In this document: positions 41,608 through 49,193 of the stretch, piece after piece
Layout: the number at the start of each line of letters is the position of its first letter
Numbering within the stretch: the first letter of the stretch is position 1
Assembly (NCBI GenBank): GCA_944349405.1
Contig: CALVMY010000099.1
Coordinates: 1 to 49,193, forward strand
Length of the DNA: 49,193 nucleotides
Reading direction: 5' to 3'
From: an uncultured Bacilli bacterium
GTDB taxonomy: Bacteria > Bacillota_I > Bacilli_A > RFN20 > CAG-826
Program-made: the position numbers and the translations under genes
Notes under the pieces: generated by a model
The model's input: the letters and a program-made list of their open reading frames with translations, nothing else
Databases searched by the model: none
What the model was told of the DNA's origin: nothing

Positions 41608-41632
41608 TTTAATTATAAATTATTTTATTTAA

Positions 41633-42817
41633 TTAGAATTTATAAGGAATGTTATAGTAGCAGCATTTGAAGAGCTCTTCCATAGTCTTATCATCGATAG
41701 GATTTGGATTAGTTCCTGTACATGCATCACCAACTGCTTCATGAGCAATGAATGATAATTTGCTTAAGAATTCATCTTCTTTAACACCGAATTCTTGCAT
41801 TGAATGTGGGATATTTAAAAGAGTATTTAATTCATGAATTCTATTGATTAATCCTTGTGTTTGTTCACGAGCATCATGTCCTTGAATACCTAATGCAGTT
41901 GCGATTTGAGCATATCTTTCAAGAGCAACTTTATTATTTGCATTGTATTCAATAACGTGTGGTAAATACATAGCATTAGCACAACCATGTGGAATATGAC
42001 CTGTTGAGAATGCAGCACCACTCTTGTGAGCCATTGAGTGGACAATACCAAGTAAAGCATTTGAGAATGCCATACCTGCTAAACATTGAGCATAGTGCAT
42101 TTCTTCTCTACCTTTTCCTTCTGGATTGTTATATGAATCAACAAGATATGTATTAACCATTTGAATTGCTTTTAATGATAAGCATTCTGTAAATGGTGTA
42201 GCGATTGTACCAACATATGATTCAACTGCGTGAGTTAAAGCATCCATTCCAGTATAAGCAACTTGGACTTTTGGTAAACCTCTAACGATATCTGGATCAA
42301 CAATAGCAACATCTGGGGTAATTTCGAAGTCTGCTAATGGATATTTAATACCTTTTGCATAATCAGTAATAACTGAGAAAGCTGTAACTTCTGTAGCTGT
42401 ACCACTTGTTGAAGGAATAGCACAGAATTTAGCTTTTGTTCTTAAGTGTGGGAAATTGAATGGAGTAACTAAATCTTCAAAAGTTGTATTTGGATATTCA
42501 TAGAATGCCCACATAGCTTTAGCTGCGTCAATTGGAGAACCACCGCCGATTGAAACAATCCAATCTGGTTCGAATTTTCTCATTGCTTCAGCGCCTTTCA
42601 TAACTGTTTCGATTGATGGATCTGGTTCGACGCCTTCGAATAATTCAACTTCAAAACCTGCTTCTTTTAAATAATTGACTGTTTTGTCTAAGAAACCACT
42701 AGCTCTCATTGAATGACCACCGGTAACAACGATAGCTCTTTTACCTCTGAGTGTCTTTAATTCTGCTAAAGAACCACTTCCGTAGTAAATGTCTCTTGGT
42801 AATGTAAATCTTGACAT
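41633..42817 (-). CDS. Iron-containing (group III) alcohol dehydrogenase
   Basis: 394 aa with GGGSPIDAAK, the metal-ligand His cluster (H-x3-H: HSMAHKSG ... HGCANA), and a strong RBS AGGAGG. Confidence 0.85.
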   Translation of the reverse strand: MSRFTLPRDIYYGSGSLAELKTLRGKRAIVVTGGHSMRASGFLDKTVNYLKEAGFEVELFEGVEPDPSIETVMKGAEAMRKFEPDWIVSIGGGSPIDAAKAMWAFYEYPNTTFEDLVTPFNFPHLRTKAKFCAIPSTSGTATEVTAFSVITDYAKGIKYPLADFEITPDVAIVDPDIVRGLPKVQVAYTGMDALTHAVESYVGTIATPFTECLSLKAIQMVNTYLVDSYNNPEGKGREEMHYAQCLAGMAFSNALLGIVHSMAHKSGAAFSTGHIPHGCANAMYLPHVIEYNANNKVALERYAQIATALGIQGHDAREQTQGLINRIHELNTLLNIPHSMQEFGVKEDEFLSKLSFIAHEAVGDACTGTNPNPIDDKTMEELFKCCYYNIPYKF

Positions 42818-42850
42818 AAATTCCTCCTATTTGTCTAAAATTACATACCT

Positions 42851-42878
42851 ATTCTAGCATTAATTTTTTGATTGTAAA
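42851..42878 (-). promoter_or_regulatory. Strong sigma-70 promoter of the alcohol dehydrogenase gene
   Basis: The minus strand reads TTTACA-N16-TAGAAT with an extended -10 TG (TGCTAGAAT). It is about 35 nt upstream of the RBS. Confidence 0.5.
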
Positions 42879-42885
42879 ATAAAAT

Positions 42886-42920
42886 CACAAAAAAATAAAA
42901 AAAGTGGCATTTCAGCCACT
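42886..42920 (-). terminator. Rho-independent terminator of the macro-domain gene
   Basis: Stem AGTGGC (42903-42908) with GCCACT (42915-42920) and a 6-nt loop, followed on the minus strand by TTTTTTTATTTTTTT. Confidence 0.65.
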
Positions 42921-42964
42921 AATTCGGATATTTTTTACCACAATTTTTATATTTTTAAGTTAAT

Positions 42965-43876
42965 TTAAAACAACTTTTTGGATAGAGTTTCTAAGTTATA
43001 AAAGAATAAACAGTCATTGATTTGGAAAACATCAAAAATATCCTTTTCGACAAAGTAACGAACAACAAGTTCATACATTGTGTTTTTGCCAAATACATAC
43101 CCTTGTTTTGCTAAAAAATTTCCTATTTCTTTAATTGGCAATTTTAAAGCGACTGCTAACGAAAGAAGCATATTTTTAGAAGGAATAAATGTTGATTCCT
43201 CAAATAATCTATCTAAATATCGATAATCCCAGTTAGCATTTACAATTAATTCATTTCTATCGATATTTTTCTCTTCAATTAATTTTTTTATTTCTTTTAC
43301 AATTTCTAAATTTGTATCTTTAATATCTTGTTTAGGATTTTTTGTTTCGAAGTGAGTATTAACATAATGGGATAAATTGTCTTTAAAATCATCATCAAAA
43401 ATATCAAATGGTTGTTTAAATAAAACAACATATATATCACTTTCGATATGAGATAATAAGTATTTAATAATCTCATCTTTTTCTATATCGTAGCATTCTC
43501 TTAAAGGATAATTAAAATCACTAGAAATAATAGGAAAAGCAGCGCTTTTAAAACCATTTTGATCCATAATTTTAAAAACATTTTTATAAGCACTTCTTAA
43601 TTTTTTTTCTTCGCCATGCTTCCCGTTTATATAATTAGGACCAACTGCATGAATTATAGCTTTACAGTTTGTAATGTTAAAAGAAGGGGTAATAACAGCG
43701 TGGCCGACATCACAATGACCAATCTGCCTACAAGCGGTTTGAAGTTCTAAATCGCCAGCACGATGAAAAATAGCTCTACTAACGCCTTCAACCATCTTGA
43801 GATTAACATTTGCATTAGCAACAATTGTGTCAACCTCCATATTCACTAAATCACCACGAATTAAATAAAAAGCCAT
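42965..43876 (-). CDS. Divergent macro-domain protein fused to a C-terminal HTH-like domain
   Basis: N-terminal macro pattern IRGDLVNMEVDTIVANAN...AIIHAVGPNY...AAFPIISS. The C-terminal ~100 aa (SKNMLLSLAVALKLPIKEIGNFL) resemble an XRE-type HTH. Confidence 0.65.
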   Translation of the reverse strand: MAFYLIRGDLVNMEVDTIVANANVNLKMVEGVSRAIFHRAGDLELQTACRQIGHCDVGHAVITPSFNITNCKAIIHAVGPNYINGKHGEEKKLRSAYKNVFKIMDQNGFKSAAFPIISSDFNYPLRECYDIEKDEIIKYLLSHIESDIYVVLFKQPFDIFDDDFKDNLSHYVNTHFETKNPKQDIKDTNLEIVKEIKKLIEEKNIDRNELIVNANWDYRYLDRLFEESTFIPSKNMLLSLAVALKLPIKEIGNFLAKQGYVFGKNTMYELVVRYFVEKDIFDVFQINDCLFFYNLETLSKKLF

Positions 43877-44123
43877 ATCTTTCTCCCGCGCATTATTATA
43901 TCAAAAATAGTATCAACAATTAAGTAATAAAAGATAAAAATATCGCCAATATTCTTATTCTTTCAAACGAAAGAAAATATTTATAAAAATGAATAATTTT
44001 TCAAAAAAATAATAAAAACTAGATAGAAAAATATCAACCTATATCATCTAGTAATTAGTATCACATTTTCATAAAACCACTAAAATGCTACAATTTTGTT
44101 TGTTTTATTGGAGTTTTTAAAAT

Positions 44124-44999
44124 ATGAAGATTTGTGTTACAACCGATGATACTGCCCAATTCACAAAAGAAGAAATTAAAGAATATGGCAATTTATATAC
44201 AGTTAGAGTACCTATTATTATTAATGGAGAAGCTTTTTTTCAAAACGAAACAATCGATAATGATACATTTTTTAAACGCTTAGAAAATGATGATGATATC
44301 GCTACTTCTCAACCTTCTCCAGGAGAAATCATGGAACTTTGGACAAAGTTATTAAAAGAATATGATGCAATCATACATATTCCTCTTTCTTCTGGCTTAT
44401 CAGAAGCTTGCAATAGTGCAAAAATGATTTCCCAAGAAGATGAATTTAAAGGAAAAGTTTTTGTTTGTGATAATCATAGAGTCGAGCCAACTTTAAGAGA
44501 AAGTGTTATAGATGCTTTAAAATTAATTAAAAAGGGTTATAAACCGGAAGAAATTCAAAAAATTATTGTTGATGAAGGTCCTAATTCATCAATTTATATT
44601 ATGGTAGATACTTTAAAATATCTTAAAAAAGGCGGAAGAGTTACTCCAGCAGCTGCAATGATTGGAGGAGCTCTCCATGTTAAACCAATTCTAGCTATTT
44701 TTGGTGGAAAACTCGATGCTTATCAAAAAGTAATCGGATCTAAAAAAGGAAGAAAAGTTTTAATTGAAGCAATTAGAAAAGATATGAATGAAAAATTCAA
44801 AGGTTTAAATAAAGATGAATTATATTTTGGGGCAGCTTATGCTAATAATAAAGAAGAAGCCGAAGAATTCATTAAAGAAGCAGCTAAAGAATTAGGCGTA
44901 GATTCATTTGAATTAAGACCACTTTCACTTGTTGTTTCGACTCATACCGGTCCTGGAATATTAGCTTTAACTGTAGCTAAAAAAGCAATTAAGGAATAA
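44124..44999 (+). CDS. DegV-family fatty-acid-binding protein
   Basis: 291 aa with canonical ATSQPSPGE and YLKKGGRV motifs. Confidence 0.85.
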   Translation: MKICVTTDDTAQFTKEEIKEYGNLYTVRVPIIINGEAFFQNETIDNDTFFKRLENDDDIATSQPSPGEIMELWTKLLKEYDAIIHIPLSSGLSEACNSAKMISQEDEFKGKVFVCDNHRVEPTLRESVIDALKLIKKGYKPEEIQKIIVDEGPNSSIYIMVDTLKYLKKGGRVTPAAAMIGGALHVKPILAIFGGKLDAYQKVIGSKKGRKVLIEAIRKDMNEKFKGLNKDELYFGAAYANNKEEAEEFIKEAAKELGVDSFELRPLSLVVSTHTGPGILALTVAKKAIKE

Positions 45000-45027
45000 A
45001 AATTCAACTTTTTTAATAAAAAACAAT

Positions 45028-45056
45028 AGAGCGATTTATTAATCGCTCTTTTTATT
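45028..45056 (+). terminator. Rho-independent terminator after degV
   Basis: Perfect 9-bp stem AGAGCGATT-TATT-AATCGCTCT followed by TTTTTATTT. Confidence 0.75.
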
Positions 45057-45290
45057 TCATAAAAAAATAAAGATAACTTAGAAGAAAAAGGATTCTCTTA
45101 AATTAAAAATAAGTGACAAAATATTTAAAAATAATAGAACGATTCTTACGCCAAGAATTTACATTCAAAAGAACTCTAAATTTTTTATAATAAACATATA
45201 AAAAGTGCAATATCAACAATTACCTTTCTATTATTGCTTAATAGAAAACGAAAATAATAATTACTATTATTGTCTTTTAGAATTAGAAAT

Positions 45291-45977
45291 ATGAAAACTA
45301 GAAAATTTTTAACATTATTAACATTGCATTAATATTAACTTCTTGTTCTAGAGATTTTTTTAGTTGCGGTTGATCTTTATTTTTTAGGTAAAAGCAAATT
45401 TCAAGATTTTTTAGAAAATTATATTGCTGATAGCGATTCATTATATGTCCGAGAACTTTATTTATTTAAGCGGGGTAAAAATTGAAGATATATATTTAGA
45501 AACTCCATATTCTTTAGAATCTCCGATCATTAATGTTTCAGCTTATAAAAAAGAGGCTTTCTCTTCTGATGAAATATTTTATTTAAATAGTATTAAAGAA
45601 GTAAGTAGGATTGCTTATTCTTTCTATTATTCTTAGTTTGACTGCTAGATTAATATAACAACAAAAATGTATTTTAAAAGTAAAGAAAACTTTATTGAAG
45701 CAAAAACTAAATCAATAGATAAAGTCGAACAAAAATATGAATATAATGAAGAAATTCGTTCAATTCAATATATTTTTGATTATTATTATCCACTTTATGA
45801 ATTTGGCTTTCATGCTAGAGATAAAACAATTTATCAAGATGATATTTATGAAGTAACTGTTTATTATAGTTGGTATATGAAGAAGATTTTAATGATGAAT
45901 TAGATATTCTTGAATCTATTTTTAGTGAAGAAATTAGTTTTGGAAATTATAAAAATTATTTTAAATCATATTCATAA
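45291..45977 (+). pseudogene. Decayed lipoprotein gene broken into at least 6 pieces by frameshifts and nonsense codons
   Basis: MKTRKFLTLLTL(H*) continues one frame over as ALILTSCSRDFF (lipobox LTSC). Further open stretches follow in shifting frames. The track ORFs 45424-45636 and 45667-45903 share one frame, separated by two in-frame TAG codons. A last 33-codon stretch runs in another frame to 45977. Confidence 0.5.
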
Positions 45978-47401
45978 TATTTAAACGTTTCATCTTCATT
46001 TATAAATTTAAAATTTAATCGATTAATTAATTTATCGCTTTTTATATTTTCTTTAAAACATTTCATTCTTATTTTATTTATATGTATATTTTCTTTTAAA
46101 TAGATTAAAAGAAAATATATAGTTTTATATCCAATATTTTTTCCTTCCATTTCTTCTATTAATCTAATTCCTAATTCTAAAGAATTATCATTTCTATAAT
46201 CATATAAAACTACTTCTCCACTAAACTTATCTTGATAATAAATTAATAAAGATAATCCGCTTTTATTTTTAAAATCATTTATTACATCATTATAAAAATA
46301 TAATGGATCTACTTTTTCATTTTCTTTTAAATGTAATTTATACTCATATCCCCAATATTTATTTCTTTTTTCATTTATTACCAATAAATAATAATCTTTC
46401 ATATTATCTTCATCTATCTTTTTTAAAAGTATATTTTCATCTACTTTTAAAAAAGGGAATGAAGATAATAAAGTCATGTTATTTAAAACTTTAAATGCTA
46501 TTTTATCAACTAATTTAATAGGATTATAACTTCTTTTAGATTGTCTTAATCCTAAATCTCCACTATCATCTTCTCGATTAAAATATTTAACTCTATCTTT
46601 ATTATATATAGCGATATTATTAATTAAATATGGATAGATTCCTTTATAAAATCTATTACATTTTTCAATATGGTCGAAAATTACATCATTAACGATTTCA
46701 CAAACACTAAATCCGATTAATTTTTCTTTATCATAAACTAAATAAAGATCAAAATTTAATTTTCTTATATTTTTTAATACTTGCTTACTTTTTTTAGCTT
46801 CATTTAACCCAATTTCGTTAAGTTCATTATTTTTATTTATAATAAATTCATCGATTAATGCTAAAGAATCATTTATTTCTTTATTAAAAAGTTGAGTATT
46901 ATTAAAATCACTCTTTTTAAAATAGGTAGAAGGATATAATTTTTTAAAAGTATTTAATTGATGTCTTTTTTCTTGAAACTTTTTACCTTTAAAATAAATA
47001 AAATCCTCATTTAAATATAAATAATCACTCCACATCTTATCAACTTCATATTTATAAACAGGGAAATAATCTCTTAAAATCTCTAAATTACTATTATTTA
47101 AACAGGCAAACTCTAATGGTAAAGAATTAGTTTTTAAAGCATCTAAAGAGATTAACTCTAATGATTTTAAATAATTATTTCCTAATGGAAAATAATATAA
47201 ATATTTATTATTTTCTTTATCGAATTTAGCTTTTAATAAAATATTAGATTCATCAAGATAACAAATTAAAGTCTCATAATATTCTTTCCGCATATATAAA
47301 ATTCCTAGTGTATAATCACACATATAAGAATTTGATTGATATAACAATTCTTTTATCTTTTTTAAATCATTTAACTCTAATTTTTTAAATATTAAATCCA
47401 T
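45956..47401 (-). CDS. DUF2156 (MprF C-terminal-like, LPG_synthase_C) domain fused to a RimJ/RimL-type GNAT domain
   Basis: The first ~310 aa carry DUF2156 hallmarks (DYLYLNEDFIYFKGKKFQEKRHQLNTFKK ... HIEKCNRFYKGIYPYL ... NREDDSGDLGLRQSKRSYNP). The last ~150 aa look like an Acetyltransf_3 GNAT. Confidence 0.6.
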   Translation of the reverse strand: MDLIFKKLELNDLKKIKELLYQSNSYMCDYTLGILYMRKEYYETLICYLDESNILLKAKFDKENNKYLYYFPLGNNYLKSLELISLDALKTNSLPLEFACLNNSNLEILRDYFPVYKYEVDKMWSDYLYLNEDFIYFKGKKFQEKRHQLNTFKKLYPSTYFKKSDFNNTQLFNKEINDSLALIDEFIINKNNELNEIGLNEAKKSKQVLKNIRKLNFDLYLVYDKEKLIGFSVCEIVNDVIFDHIEKCNRFYKGIYPYLINNIAIYNKDRVKYFNREDDSGDLGLRQSKRSYNPIKLVDKIAFKVLNNMTLLSSFPFLKVDENILLKKIDEDNMKDYYLLVINEKRNKYWGYEYKLHLKENEKVDPLYFYNDVINDFKNKSGLSLLIYYQDKFSGEVVLYDYRNDNSLELGIRLIEEMEGKNIGYKTIYFLLIYLKENIHINKIRMKCFKENIKSDKLINRLNFKFINEDETFKYYEYDLK

Positions 47402-47470
47402 AATAACTGTCCTATATTTTAATAAGTTTTATTATCGTGATAAAGTTAAATGATATAAAATTATTTACAT

Positions 47471-47800
47471 ATGGCAGATAGAGGAATGAAAAAATGGCTC
47501 CCTTTTGCTTCACTTGTTGAACAAGGGGAATATCTTTCAAAAATGATGTATGAAAAATATAAGATTGATAAACCATTAATCTTAGAAGATACATCTGAAA
47601 TTATTGATAAAATATTAAAAGATTATGATTTTAATGAAGTTTTATCATTAAAGATATTTTATGATGGATATATTTATAAGGTTGTCGATAAAATTATTTT
47701 TATCGACAAAAATAAAAAACTCGTATATTTTACGAACTTTTATATTCCTATTAATAATATTTTATCTATTGAAGATGAGATATTTACTTCTTTAAATTAA
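47471..47800 (+). CDS. YolD-like protein
   Basis: 109 aa. The N-terminal DRGMKKWLPFASLVEQ matches the YolD family motif (R-G-x-x-K-W-x-P-F-x-S-L-x-E). Confidence 0.55.
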   Translation: MADRGMKKWLPFASLVEQGEYLSKMMYEKYKIDKPLILEDTSEIIDKILKDYDFNEVLSLKIFYDGYIYKVVDKIIFIDKNKKLVYFTNFYIPINNILSIEDEIFTSLN

Positions 47801-48412
47801 TTATCTAATTAATAAAAGAGGGAAGATAGCAAAAATTAATGAGAAGCCAAAATTAACAATTATTAATAAAATATTTAATATTTCACTAATTAAATTACCA
47901 ATTCCTAAATTTAAAATATTTTTAATTAAATAATCAATACTAATCCATAAATCATTAATTAAACTAGATAATCCACTAATTAAAAGAATAATTCCTAAAA
48001 TAATTAAAGTAATTACATACCATTTTTTATGATTTCTACTCTCTAAAATAAGAAGAATTGAATAAGCAATTCCAGCAATTAAAGAAATTGAAAGAATCAT
48101 AACATTAAAATTAAATGAAATAATTCCAATAATTATATTCATAATAAATGGGATTAAATAAGTAGCTAAAGCTAAACAAAGCATTGCATAATAACTTCCA
48201 CTTCCACCCTTTGAACGATAAAAATATAACGCTACTAAGCAATAAAAACAAACATTGATAGCTAAAGAAATAATGCTCATTGTATCGATATTTGTTCTAA
48301 AAACTATTAGATTAACTAAAAGAGAAACTATATTAAGTAAAATATAGATTAAACAAACTGCGGCCGCACCCACTGAAAATGCGCCATTTAAATTTCTTAT
48401 TCTTCTTGCCAT
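47801..48412 (-). CDS. Hypothetical polytopic membrane protein
   Basis: 203 aa with about 6 hydrophobic segments and no recognisable motif. Confidence 0.4.
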   Translation of the reverse strand: MARRIRNLNGAFSVGAAAVCLIYILLNIVSLLVNLIVFRTNIDTMSIISLAINVCFYCLVALYFYRSKGGSGSYYAMLCLALATYLIPFIMNIIIGIISFNFNVMILSISLIAGIAYSILLILESRNHKKWYVITLIILGIILLISGLSSLINDLWISIDYLIKNILNLGIGNLISEILNILLIIVNFGFSLIFAIFPLLLIR

Positions 48413-48454
48413 AACTTCAATATAATATCATATTTTTTTATTTTCTTATATTTA

Positions 48455-48483
48455 TATTAAAAACGGAGTTATTAACTCCGTTT
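48455..48483 (-). terminator. Rho-independent terminator downstream of the enolase fragment
   Basis: Perfect 10-bp stem AAACGGAGTT-ATT-AACTCCGTTT (48461-48483), with T residues following on the minus strand. Confidence 0.55.
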
Positions 48484-48517
48484 TAACTATATAAATTTAA
48501 AGTTTATTTAGATTACA

Positions 48518-49193
<676 letters not shown>

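Noticed and set aside
45424-45903. Track ORFs 45424-45636 and 45667-45903 as independent small genes
   Set aside because: They share one frame interrupted by two TAG codons. The first begins at a TTG with no RBS, and both sit inside a series of frame-shifted fragments following a broken lipoprotein leader. They are treated as pseudogene pieces.
46303-46494. 63-aa plus-strand ORF inside the DUF2156::GNAT gene
   Set aside because: It is an antisense shadow ORF.
47412-47594. 60-aa minus-strand ORF overlapping the YolD-like gene start
   Set aside because: It is antisense to a motif-bearing ORF and spans its promoter region. It has no RBS.

Overview
This is a very AT-rich, gene-dense bacterial window. 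ORFs of up to 1537 codons read through in the standard code, so TGA is not a sense codon here. Gene content and order (ecfA1-ecfA2-ecfT-truA, smpB, uvrA-lgt-ppaX-whiA, multiple DegV paralogues) point to a low-GC Bacillota or Mollicutes-like lineage; the taxon cannot be named from sequence alone. Most genes are on the minus strand in long, tightly packed operons. Main blocks, left to right:
- The tail of an IS21-type istB gene.
- The ECF-transporter/truA operon.
- A 96-nt perfectly nested four-stem palindromic element next to a gene remnant.
- A pepT / LRR surface protein / zinc-ribbon membrane protein / dCMP deaminase operon.
- smpB and rfbB.
- A metal-homeostasis cluster: copA, then a divergently transcribed ArsR/SmtB regulator, HMA protein and CPC-type P1B ATPase.
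- A 1537-aa secreted protein of unknown function.
- sdaA, an XRE regulator, whiA, ppaX, lgt and uvrA.
- A translationally coupled lipid locus (32.4-41.1 kb): GT32 glycosyltransferase, FakA-like kinase, fatty-acyl adenylase fused to a carrier domain, PlsC-type acyltransferase fused to an LRAT/PLAAT domain, DegV, and a membrane alpha/beta hydrolase with a Cys elbow, followed by a DUF4190 protein and a GT28 glycolipid synthase.
- A compositionally distinct Fe-alcohol dehydrogenase.
- A macro-domain fusion protein and a second DegV.
- A decayed lipoprotein gene, a DUF2156::GNAT fusion and an orphan YolD-like gene.
- A 5'-truncated enolase preceded by a degenerate copy of its own internal segment.
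The lipid locus is my best candidate for a previously undescribed system. I found no tRNA, rRNA or CRISPR array. All calls rest on motif recognition by eye; no database search was possible.
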